The position numbers were made by a program, and so were the translations under genes. The notes below the pieces were generated by a model that did no database searches, had not been told where the DNA came from, and was given only the letters and a program-made list of their open reading frames with translations. Shown here one piece after another: positions 37,230 through 48,763 of a stretch of 64,000 bases of DNA. Source of the DNA: Paragordius varius (taxonomy: Eukaryota; Animalia; Nematomorpha). Each line of letters starts with the position of its first letter. Within the stretch, counting starts at the first letter, position 1. The stretch spans positions 7,192,001 to 7,256,000 of the forward strand of contig OZ176056.1 of the NCBI GenBank assembly GCA_964247055.1, in the 5' to 3' direction.

Positions 37230-38278
37230 TATAATAATTACCCAATTTAATCCTACCTTATGACTGAACAAAGAATATATGACACTTAATTGGTTTTAAT
37301 CTTGGAAATTATTTTAATATTTTTTGGTAAAAAAATTACTAAATAATATATTTAAAAAAATTGGTGTTTAAATTACATATTCATAAATATCCATTTTATC
37401 ATGGAATAGATATTATAAATTAATTATTCATATATTGTTTCAAACGCCCCGATAAATCTTTATAAATACTAAACATTTAATTAAATAACCAAAAGAATTT
37501 CAATCATTCACTTATTGATTACAAGTACTTTGTATATGGGGTACTTCATATATTTATATTCTAAAATATGTCTAAATCACTGATAAATTAGATTCAATAA
37601 TCCTAATTACAATTAATAATTTGGTATAATGACTATCCTTGCACTGCAACATGTCCATGTAACTTAATCGATAATATCTCTGGTAAATATATTAAAATGT
37701 TTTTAATAAAAAAATATAGTCCACAGCCAGAATAAACCTAATCTAATTCAATAATGATTCTGAGTTTAATATGCCTTTAAACGGTAAACACCTAAAACCA
37801 TTAGTAAATCTTTATGATGTAATTAAGTTTCCAATTTCAAGCCCCATGATTTTTTATATGTAACATGGGGCACTACCTATGCATTAAATAAAGGCGCGGA
37901 TAAAAAATATGCCTTTATGCCTCAAATATCAACCATTATTAATTTTATCATAATCCAACATCATTGATTTTATATATTCTTATAACTTGAGGGATATATA
38001 CTGGTGCTAAGCCATGATTTACCATAGTAAAATTTAACAAGCATATGTAAATTTAATACTAGGAACAGCTAAAATTATTGAATCCAAATGGTGTCTTATT
38101 CACTGAATATTTGCTTCAAAGTCACCTCCTTTTTATTGGTTGGAGTATTTAACACATGGAAACCAAGTGGATTATTGATAGTCCTTATGAAAACATTTTT
38201 GCCTTTATATTGGATATACCTAAAATCCAGATTCTCATAGGTTATATGAATCGCTTAAAACAGATTATTATATTTACG

Positions 38279-40765
38279 TAAGGTGACCAGATTTTTTGAA
38301 GGAAAAAGCGGGATAAATCTGAGAAGGGGGGTTATGAGGTGGGGTGTACAACCAAAAATTTTTATACAAAAAATTTATTGTAGTATTTATTTATTTTTAA
38401 TTTTAACACAAATACATGATAAATATAAAATAATATTTAATTCCTTGGTATATTTTTTATTTGAATGAATGCGTTTTAGCAGATTGTCATCATTTTATAG
38501 TAGATTTCACAAGAATTTGTCAAATTATATTTGACAGATAAAATGGTAAAGTTTTAACATTTTGACTTTTCCGATGTCCACATCTGATTTACTGTGGAAA
38601 AACGCGCTCAGTAGCAGCGTTGGTTTCATGTAAAGATAATTCAAATTCTACAATTTTTAAAATATTGTATGGAACATAGTTTGTTTCAAAATGATGAAAT
38701 ATTTCTAACCATTTCTTTTCTACTGTATTTTTTTCTGTTGTCCATAATTTAAGTTTTTCATTATTAATATATTTTATAACTAATGATACTTTAGAAAAAA
38801 GATATTTTCTGAAAGGTTACTTTTTGGGAATTTTTGGGAGATCTAGAAATGATTTTTGAACATCGCACCAATTAAATTCTGGTTTTAATGTTATCCAATG
38901 AAAATGATCAATTTCATTAAATTGCACCGTCCAGTCTTCTAATATTCTTTACAGTTTGTATGAAACATTTTTAATGGTACAGGATATCTTGGCGTTTTAT
39001 TAAGCCTTGTTTTTTTAAATTATTTATAATATTGCGGATGGTTACTGGTATAAAATTATTTTATAACCTTTCGACATTGGAATTTTAGGTTAAATTCATT
39101 GGCTACTTCGATGGCCGAAGTTTTGTCACTTTCTATCAATTTAATAACATGAAAGGGAAATGCTTGATATGTAAGAATTCTAACCATATTTTTGAAGAAT
39201 TACTTTCAAATAACTTAAAGTTGTAGGACATTTGTCCTGTGATAAAAAAAGATTTTAAAGGATCATACATTTTTAAAATTCTTTCGATAGCTGGCATAAA
39301 AGCTAACCAACGAGTTTTACAATATCCAAGCATTTTTTGATATTGAACTTCTGCATTTTACAGAATTCTTTAAGCGTTTCAACACTACCGTGTATATATA
39401 AAAATAGGAATATATTTTAACAACTACATTTTCCACATCTAGGGGTAACAAATCAGCAGCTGTTTGAATAGCGTTGTGTATTATATGGGCTGCACACCCA
39501 ACGCCAATAATGTTTTGATTAAGATTATCTGTTAATTTATGAAAAATGTTTTTTTGTTCCTCTCCTTGCTTTTCCACCAAAGTTCATATTGGTGTTGTCA
39601 GCGCAATATACGATAATTTTGTATTTTAAATTATTTTTTGCATTATTGAAGTAAATATTATTTCGGAATTTTCACCGGGTAGGGAAATTAAATCTAATTT
39701 AATTTTTACTCCGGTTTCTGAATCAAAATATCTCATCAAAGTGGGAAATAATTTTGTTTCAGGGTGATTTGATGCATCAGAGTATAGCGATATGGAATTA
39801 ATTTTCAGCAAATCTTTTTGTATTTCAGAAAATACATGTGGCGAAAGGACATTGCACACAATGGCTTCAGCCTTTGTACGGGCACATGTAAATTTTTTAT
39901 GGAATAATGTGCGAATAACCTGTGAGGTACAGTCCATAGATCTAAAGGAATGATTGTGATTAACGGCGTGAAAAGATAACACGCCCTCAGCTAGTGGCAA
40001 ATTCTTTTCTTCCTCTCCAAAAGCGGTTTTTCAAAAAAATCGCTCATTTTGTAAGATGATGCCGCCATATCTAAACATTTTTTATGTTTCTATGTTTCCA
40101 TATGCTTTGTAATATCATGCTTGCCGCCATGTGCTAGGGTGAATTCCCCCTCGCATATAAGACATTTAACAAATGATTCATTCTTCGTTTTTTTAATAAA
40201 AGGAAAATCCTTCATTAATTCATCGTTGAATTTACAACCTCTTTTTGTGCTCATATTTATAAACTACTATTAGTATAATAAATATTATATTACCTTAATT
40301 TTCTGTGAAACGTGTAAGGTACCGATTTGTGGTATTAATTTGGCTTTTTAATAATGTTGGCAAGTAATAAAACTAAAATATTAGCATAATAAGTATTATA
40401 TTAACTTAATTTTGTGAAATAAACGTGTAAGGTACCGATTTGTGGTATCAATTTGTCTTTTAATCTAGAGATTTGTGGTATTAACTTGGCTTTTTTATAA
40501 TAATGACAGTAGTAGTAGGAAGTATAGTGTATAATCACATGATATAAATTCGAAAAAAATAAATATTTTTAATTTAAAATAAAAAATTTTAATTTAAAAT
40601 TGAATAGATTTTAAAGATATTTAAGGATAAAAAATTTAAACGGACAAAAAAAATTTATTTGTATTAAAAAAAATTTTTTTTTTATAATCGTGAAAAAGCG
40701 GGACATTTAAAAACGTAGCAGGAAGCGGGACAAAGTGTGAAAAAGCGGGACGTCTGGTCACCTTA
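38279..40765 (-). mobile_element. Full-length hAT transposon with frameshifted transposase (ATG ~40254)
   Basis: TIR TAAGGTGACCAGA/TCTGGTCACCTTA; TSD TAT(T/A)TACG; zf-BED-like CLIC..H, FTCARTK, SDASN, GCAAHIIHN, KTRWL; subterminal AAAAGCGGGA repeats. Confidence 0.92.
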
Positions 40766-41791
40766 TATATACGGCATATTTAACATATGGCAAAGCCCAA
40801 TCAGGTGTGAATTTAAAAAAGCGTGATTTTGCCCTAATATAATACGGGTATCGCCTTAAAGCATAATTTATATCATATGGTCGCATAACTGGGTGAAAAT
40901 TAGCTTCAAAGTTATATACTGTGCTGCCGTATTTTGCAGATGGTAAGACCCTAGCCTATATTTAATAAAAGCTTTGCGTTTAATATGGTCGAAACCTAAT
41001 CAATATTGTTTCTTTTGGATGTGAATTCGAATATGCTGACGCATTTTACTAAGGGTGCAGTTCTAGCCAACGTCTATTTTTAAAAAGCACCAGCTAAGTT
41101 GCCTTTGTACAGAGAATTCCTAAAACCACCGGTAATTTGTCATAATCTCATAATTTGGCGAATTTATGCCTTAAATATATATATTTTTACGACATTTTTT
41201 GCAAAAAATGTCATTTTACTGGGGCGACTAAATACAAGGGCTAAAAAAGTGTACATAATATGTTCGGTGCATTCGTAAAAAAATTATTATTTAATTGTAA
41301 TGGGCCTACATGCTCTCCGGAAGATTTTTTTGTACTTTTAGTTTTATAAAAACCTATATTTTTACAAGATGGGTGGCAGGTTATAACTAAGTGGCTAATT
41401 TAAAAAGGTAGCTCCACTATTGATGCATTTAATATATACAAATATATTAATTTGATTGGGCCTACATATTTACCGGAAATTTTTTTTTGCCCTAACTACA
41501 CTTTTGCAAATATATTGATTTAAATATTTCACTCTAATCAAACCCAATTTTAAGCTTCATCACTTATCCTTTTTAACATCAACCATGCTTAATATCGTTA
41601 AATTTCATTCTAAGTCCAACCATAAAACTCTAATCAATTTATGGTTGACCCTTAATACAACTGGCCTAAAATAGTGAAAATCAATATTGTTGAATATGAT
41701 CCTACATAATATATTATTTAAAATGTATAATTGAATTATAAATATTAATTATGATATAAATGTTATCACATGATGCACGAAAATATTATTA

Positions 41792-43426
41792 TTATAAATA
41801 ATTATCTTCATTAAAACATCCACTGTCCTCTATTGTTTCATTACTGTACATAGAATTATTTCTAGGGTGTGTCATTTTCGTTACAAACTTGTGTTCATCT
41901 AAGACTTTGAAGGGGGAATTTTCAATCACACAATAATTTTGCCTTAACGAATTATCACTCATAAAGTCAGGTTGATCTGAATAAGGTTTCGTATAAAGTG
42001 CAGTATAAACAAAATATTGATCAAAATCAGAGGCACGATTCGAAATATAAAGTAGGTATCTTTCATATGCAAATAAACCGATTTGTAATTCATTTTCAAT
42101 CTTTATCGTTTCACTATTATTGTTTTTTTGAGCTATTGACTTCTTTTTGAGATCCATATCATTAGAATGTGGCACTCCAACCCCCAAAATATCTTTGATA
42201 ATTGAATAACATTTGCGTAGGGGTAAACCACTTTCTCGCATCAAGTATGCAACAAGAACAGCCACAGAGATATTTTGCCCAGTTTCACAAAATATTAAAA
42301 CACGCTTCCCCGCTTGCCTATAATAATCGAGAAAACGATTTATTTCTTCAAACGATGAAATTATATCTTTCGTAACTGTATGGCAATTAGTTTGAGCGGA
42401 ACAATCATATTGATGTTTGTGAGAAACGTCATGTGTCGAAAAGTTTAATTTTTGAGACCTTTTGAGTTTTTGCCTATGATTTTTATAATTATGAGTTATA
42501 TTCTCCGTACTGCCACCTTCTTTAAGGTTTTTATGATTAAAGCAGTGTTTCATAGCGAATTCGGATTCTTGGTTAAAGGGTAACAAATTTATTTTAAGTT
42601 TAACGCGCACATGGGGTACCCTATCGTTTGAGCAAGCACAAGAATTAAAAATGGAATTACTTCCAGATGTTAATTTTCTTCCCAATCGATTTTCCATTTG
42701 GCCCAAAGACATGCCAGAAACATCGACCACACCTTCAATATTAAGTTTACATAGGACCTGTTCGGTGTGAGCTACATCACAATCGCTCAAAAATAGGAAA
42801 TTTGATATTTGATGGATTCGACCCTTTGTGAAGTAAGGACGTATCCAATGAGAATCTCGTATTGGGTCATGTATAGGACTGATGTCATGAATCAAAGAGT
42901 GTGTTTCCGAACTTTGCAATAAAGAATTGTTAGGTATTCTGAAATTTTGGCATTTAACATTATTATTTTTACTGGATGGCCTCTTATTATGCGAATTTAT
43001 ATGGCTTCCTCTACCTTCTGCAATGATATTTGAGATAGTTTTGACCCCAGACCTTTGAATATTTATCATATTTTTCTTCCTGTAAAGATTCGTTAAATTA
43101 TTTGTGGAACCCGAAGGGGTCCATAATATTGAATTATGATTAGTTATATTATTTCTTTTTTTAATTGGGTTTGAATCCTTCTTCTGTGGCGATGAGAATG
43201 TAATTTTATTAAGATTAAAGAATTGTCGCTTTAAAAAATCCAATTTTTCCTTTATAGTTGTCGTACGAGCTTTATTTTGACCTTGAATTCGTTGATGTTC
43301 TTCCGAATTAAAACAAAATCCATTAGTATAATTAAAAAAGGTGACATTATTTTGTGGAATAGATGAATAAAATAAATCTTCTTTGTGATGCCAAAAATTA
43401 CAATTCTCAGTAATGTAGGTATTCAT
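41792..43426 (-). CDS. Intronless dual-specificity phosphatase-fold protein, probable pseudophosphatase (544 aa), copy A
   Basis: DSP motifs IHQISNFLFLSD, LNIEGVVDVS, FEEINRFLD..GKRVLIFCETGQNISVAVLVAYLM and QIGLFAYE. The P-loop CX5R reads C-ETGQN-I. Confidence 0.85.
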   Translation of the reverse strand: MNTYITENCNFWHHKEDLFYSSIPQNNVTFFNYTNGFCFNSEEHQRIQGQNKARTTTIKEKLDFLKRQFFNLNKITFSSPQKKDSNPIKKRNNITNHNSILWTPSGSTNNLTNLYRKKNMINIQRSGVKTISNIIAEGRGSHINSHNKRPSSKNNNVKCQNFRIPNNSLLQSSETHSLIHDISPIHDPIRDSHWIRPYFTKGRIHQISNFLFLSDCDVAHTEQVLCKLNIEGVVDVSGMSLGQMENRLGRKLTSGSNSIFNSCACSNDRVPHVRVKLKINLLPFNQESEFAMKHCFNHKNLKEGGSTENITHNYKNHRQKLKRSQKLNFSTHDVSHKHQYDCSAQTNCHTVTKDIISSFEEINRFLDYYRQAGKRVLIFCETGQNISVAVLVAYLMRESGLPLRKCYSIIKDILGVGVPHSNDMDLKKKSIAQKNNNSETIKIENELQIGLFAYERYLLYISNRASDFDQYFVYTALYTKPYSDQPDFMSDNSLRQNYCVIENSPFKVLDEHKFVTKMTHPRNNSMYSNETIEDSGCFNEDNYL

Positions 43427-43839
43427 ACCAATTTTTTTTAAAATAAATTTTTTTTTGTTTTAGACTTTATAAGGTTTCTTGCGTTGCTTGTGTGATAGTT
43501 TCTTTAACCAACAAAAGTATTGGATTATAAACATTTATATTTTTAAATAGGCATATCTTATAAAAATTAGATATTATGCCTAAAAGTAATAGATAATTAA
43601 TATGTACCTTATAGATGAAATTCCTATTTATATATATTTTACTGGATCAATAATAAACTATAAATATTTATAAACACCACAACTCTTATTCGGGAGCTAA
43701 AAATTTAGAATATTAATAAAGTATAAACTATACCATAAAAATCTGCATTGTAAAAATTGTTTTTATTTTTGAATTATTCGTTATTCTTTGGTATAATGAC
43801 GTAAATGATAAAAATAGTCTATATATTATAAGTTCATCA

Positions 43840-43870
<31 letters not shown>

Positions 43871-44033
43871 TATAAGTATGAACTTTGGAGCAAATATTGG
43901 AAAAAATTTATATGGTTTAAAATTTTTTTCTAATTGCTATCGCCTGATAATTAAAAATTTGATATTTAGCTTTGTAGTTGATTAAAAACATAGAAAAGTA
44001 GATCCAACAAGGGCCTTTTATGTGGATCTAACT

Positions 44034-44234
44034 CAGGGGTGGCCAACACACGACCCGCGAAAAATTTGGAAATCCATAATTTACAAAATTAAGCTCACAA
44101 AATCTTAGTAAATTTTTATTATACCTTAAATTTTTGTAATTTTGTCTATTCAAATGATAAAAAGTAGAGAAAATTTTCATATTATGTCAGCATTTTATTA
44201 TGTTTCAAATCTTTTATATTATTAATGAATGTCC

Positions 44235-44266
<32 letters not shown>

Positions 44267-44328
44267 TATGACCCGCCAGTTTTTTGAATAAAAGCAACCC
44301 GCGAAGCCATTTGAGATGGTCCCCCCTG
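44034..44328. mobile_element. hAT MITE with TSD ATCTAACT (duplication unit 1)
   Basis: TIR CAGGGGTGGCCAAC/GATGGTCCCCCCTG; exact 8-bp TSD. Confidence 0.9.
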
Positions 44329-45450
44329 ATCTAACTAATATCAAAATAACCAAAGGTATTTCAGACCACAAGCTAAGTTTAAAACCATAACGCAATCGAA
44401 GTTTAACAAATCAATATTAGAACGCTTTAGTTTAAATTTGAAAGACGGTTTTTGTTCAAAAAAATTTATTCTTTCATGTATCAATTTATTTTGCTTTTCG
44501 ATAGCGTTATTAATTAATTTTTGACCAGAAAAATAATAAAAATAAATATTAAAATAAAAAACACCAACAATCTTGAAAATTATTACAATTTATTTAAAAA
44601 GTAAAATAAATTTCTTAAATCACTCGAAGGGCCGAAACCAAAAGCACCATGATAATCCTGATATATCAGAATATATATTATTACATCAGGATATTTTTAG
44701 CGGACACTGTGAAATAGCAAAAGTTTTTTTTAAATAAAAAATTTATATTATTAAATTACATTTTACAGTCATTTTATTATATTTTACAAATATAAATTTT
44801 ACAAGTAAATATTATTAACTACAATATTGTTATGTTTTTTATAAAGCCAAAACTTTAATATTTGATATTTCGCACTCAAATTTTTTTTATATAATATTCT
44901 AAAATTTAGCTAGTTCAATTCATTTGTGGGTGTATTTGGTATACTAAATGCTATAGTCGCAAGATTCATAACCATTTAACTGTTGCTTGTAGATAAGTTT
45001 AAATTAATTATTTTTGAAAATGTATATAGGAAAACATTAAGGTCACACAATCTTATTAAAAGAAAAATAGTTTTGTTTTACTATTAAAATCATTTCGATT
45101 GCTAAAGCATCTATTTTCCAAAACCATGGCCATTTAGAATGGGTGCTTTAAAATTCTTAATGCATTTCCTTTTCCTAGCGTCGGTATAAATTTAAACAAT
45201 TTTTTTAGGTTTTTATGAGTTTACCTATCCGAAAATAATAACATTATAAAACCAACATGGTTAACCCTTAATTTGGCCCACTTTGTAATATGAATATAGA
45301 TTAGAAAACAAATAAACTAATGTATAATTTAAGTATTTATGTTTTTTAAAGTATCTTATATAAATTGAAAATTAAGTGTTTTGATTCACATCAAAGAGTC
45401 ATGCAACAATATAATTATAAGATAAAAAGAAAAATGGATATCCATTATCA

Positions 45451-46680
45451 TTATGGATCGGGATTAAAAGCTTTTTTTATTCCTCCTAAATTAGAAAATT
45501 TATATGCAACAAGAACAGCCACAGAGATATTTTGCCCAGTTTCACAAAATATTATAACACGCTTCCCCGCTTGCCTATAATAATCGAGAAAACGATTTAT
45601 TTCCTCAAACGATGAAATTATATCTTTCGTAACTGTATGGCAATTAGTTTGAGCGGAACAATCATATTGATGTTTGTGAGAAACGTCATGTGTCGAAAAG
45701 TTTAATTTTTGAGACCTTTTGAGTTTTTGCCTATAATTTTTATAATTATAAGTTATATTCTCCGTACTGCTACCTTCTTTAAGGTTTCCATGATTAAAGC
45801 AGTGTTTCATAGCGAATTCGGATCCTTGGTTAAAGGGTAACAAATTTATTTTAAGTTTAACGCGCACATGGGGTACCCTATCGTTTGAGCAAGCACAAGA
45901 ATTAAAAATGGAATTACTTCCAGCTGTTAATTTTCTTCCCAATCGATTTTCCATTTGGCCCAAAGACATGCCAGAAACATCCACCACACCTTCAATATTA
46001 AGTTTACATAGGACCTGTTCTGTGTGAGCTACATCACAATCGCTCAAAAATAGGAAATTTGATATCTGATGAATTTGACCCTTTGTGAAGTAAGAACGTA
46101 TCCAATGAGAATCTCGTATTGGGTCATGTATAGGACTGATATCATGAATCAAAGAGTGTGTTTCCGAACTTTGCAATAAAGAATTGTTAGGTATTCTGAA
46201 ATTTTGGCATTTCTCATTATTATTTTTACTGGATGGCTTCTTATTATACGAATTTATATGGCTTCCTCTACCTTCTGCAATGATATTTGAGATAGTTTTG
46301 ACCCCAGACCTTTGAATATTTATCATATTTTTCTTCCCGTGAAGATTCGTTAAATTATTTGTGGAACCCGAAGGGGTCCATAATATTGAATTATGATTTG
46401 TTATTTTATTTCCATTTTTAATTGGGTTTGAATCCTTCTTCTGTGGCGACGAGGTAATTTTATTAAGATTAAAGAATTGTCGCTTTAAAAAATCCAATTT
46501 TTCCTTTATAGTTGTCGCACGAGCTTTATTTTGACCTTGAATTCGTTGATGTTCTTCCGAATTAAAACAAAATCCATTAGTATAATTAAAAAAGGTGACA
46601 TTATTTTGTGGAATCGATGAATAAAATAAATCTTCTTTGTGATGCCAAAAATCACAATTCTCAGTAATGTAGGTATGCAT
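45451..46680 (-). CDS. 3'-truncated tandem duplicate of the DSP-like gene (409 aa), copy B
   Basis: Near-identical to copy A through ...AVLVAY, then runs into non-homologous sequence (KFSNLGGIKKAFNPDP*); ORF uninterrupted. Confidence 0.75.
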   Translation of the reverse strand: MHTYITENCDFWHHKEDLFYSSIPQNNVTFFNYTNGFCFNSEEHQRIQGQNKARATTIKEKLDFLKRQFFNLNKITSSPQKKDSNPIKNGNKITNHNSILWTPSGSTNNLTNLHGKKNMINIQRSGVKTISNIIAEGRGSHINSYNKKPSSKNNNEKCQNFRIPNNSLLQSSETHSLIHDISPIHDPIRDSHWIRSYFTKGQIHQISNFLFLSDCDVAHTEQVLCKLNIEGVVDVSGMSLGQMENRLGRKLTAGSNSIFNSCACSNDRVPHVRVKLKINLLPFNQGSEFAMKHCFNHGNLKEGSSTENITYNYKNYRQKLKRSQKLNFSTHDVSHKHQYDCSAQTNCHTVTKDIISSFEEINRFLDYYRQAGKRVIIFCETGQNISVAVLVAYKFSNLGGIKKAFNPDP

Positions 46681-47265
46681 ACCAATTTTTTTAAAATAAT
46701 TTTTTTTTGTTTTAGACTTTATGAGGTTTCTTGCGTTGCTTGTGTGATAGTTCCTTTAACCAACAAAAGTTGGATTATAAACATTTATATTTTTAAATAG
46801 GCATATCTTATAAAAATTAGATATTATGCCTAAAAGTAATAGATAATTAATATGTACCTTATAGATGAAATTCCTAATTATATATATTTTACTGGATCAA
46901 TAATAAACTATAAATATTTATAAACACCACAACTCTTAATCGGGAGCTAAAAATTTAGAATATTAATAAAGTATAAACTATACCATAAAAATCTGCATTG
47001 TAAAAATTGTTTTTATTTTTGAATTAATCGTTATTCTTTGGTATATTGACGTAAATGATAAAAATAGTCTATATATATAAGTTCATTAAATTTATATATA
47101 TATATAAGTATGAACTTTGGAGCATATATTGGAAAAAATTTATATGGTTTAAAATTTATTTCTAATTGCTATCGCCTGATAATTAAAAATTTGATATTTA
47201 GCATTGTAGTTGATTGAAAACATAGAAAAGCAGATCCAACAAGGGCCTTTTATGTGGATCTAACT

Positions 47266-47548
47266 CAGGGGTGGCCAACACACGACCCGCGAAAAATTTG
47301 GAAATCCATAATTTACAAAATTAAGTTCACAAAATCTTAGTAAAATTGTTATTATACATTAAATTTTTCAATTTTTGTCTATTCAAATGATAAAAAGTAG
47401 AGAAAATTGTCATATTATGTCAGCATTTTACAGTTTTACGTTTCAAATCTTATATATTATTATGAATGTCTATATATATATATATTAATGACCCGCCAGT
47501 TTTTTTAATAAAAGCAGCCCGCGAAACCATTTGAGTTGGTCACCCCTG
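47266..47548. mobile_element. Same hAT MITE insertion in duplication unit 2
   Basis: TIR CAGGGGTGGCCAAC/GTTGGTCACCCCTG; same TSD, so the insertion predates the duplication. Confidence 0.9.
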
Positions 47549-48149
47549 ATCTAACTACTATCAAAATAACCAAGGCTATTTAGACCACAAGCTAAGTTTA
47601 AAACCATAACGCAATCGATGTTTAACAAATCAATATTAGAACGCTTTAGTTTAAATTTGAAAGACGGTTTTTGTTCAAAAAAATTTATTCTTTCATGTAT
47701 CAATTTATTTTGCTTTTCGATAGCGTTATTAGTTAATTTTTGACCAGAAAAATATATAAATAAATATTAAAAAAAATACCAACAATCTTGAAATTTATTA
47801 CAATTTATTTAAAAAGTGAAATAAATTTCTTAAATCACTCGAAAGGGCCGAAACCAAAAGCACCATGATAATCCTGATATCAGAATATATATTATACATC
47901 AGGATATTTTTTGACACTCTGAAATAGCAAAAGTTTTTTTAAATAAAAATTTATATTATTAAATTACATTTTACAGTCATTTTATTGAATTTTGCAAATA
48001 TAAATTTTACAAGTAAATTTTACTAACTACAATTATTGTTATGTATTTTATAAAGCCAGAACTTTAATATTTGATATTTCGCACACAATTTTTTTTATAT
48101 AATATTCTAAAATTTCTTAGTTCAATTCATTTGTGGTTGTATTTGGTAT

Positions 48150-48763
48150 TACATTTGCACTTCAAGAGTGTCCTTGAACACTTCAAGTTGGTCCTTGAAC
48201 AATTCAAGTTGGACCTTAAACAGTTCAAGTTGGTCCTTGAACAGTTCAAGTTTGTCCTTGAACATTTCAAGTTAGTCCTTAAATACTTTAAGTTGGTCCT
48301 TAAAATTTATTAATTTTGATTTAACCATAATTTTTACATTTATTTTTTTATTTTATTATTTATTAACCTAATTGTTTATTTATTATATATTTATTCATTT
48401 AATAATAAAATTTTTTATTTAAAAACCACTTTTTTGTTTAAACTATTTTTTTCAATTAAACAAAATCATTGATTAAGTGTTTATAATGAAATATTTTAAT
48501 TATAACCCAGAAAACTTATATATTTTTTCATATCGAGTAAATATCTTAAATATCCAAAATTATTTTTAGAAATTAATAAAGATATACGGTTTCTCAAAGA
48601 AAGTTGATATCGATTTAAAATTTATGTTAAATAATAGAAAATAGGTTCAAAACAATAAAATAGATGAATTATTTACGATTTGATTGATAAAAGTTAAAAC
48701 AAAACAAAAAAGTCAAAGGACCAACTTGAAGTGTTTAAGGACACTCTTGAAGTGCAAATGGTA
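48150..48763. mobile_element. MITE family A, inserted after the tandem duplication
   Basis: Empty paralogous site TTTGGTATACTAAATG at ~44936-44951. Confidence 0.9.

Larger units (their letters stand above)
36500..41500 (-). pseudogene. Possible decayed viral-type envelope (fusion) glycoprotein ORF, split by a hAT and a MITE
   Basis: Minus-strand protein-like stretches in plausible order (see findings); many stops and frameshifts. Confidence 0.3.

Noticed and set aside
48071-48313. 80-aa ORF with LEQFKLV heptad repeats
   Set aside because: It is a translation of the 21-bp MITE array
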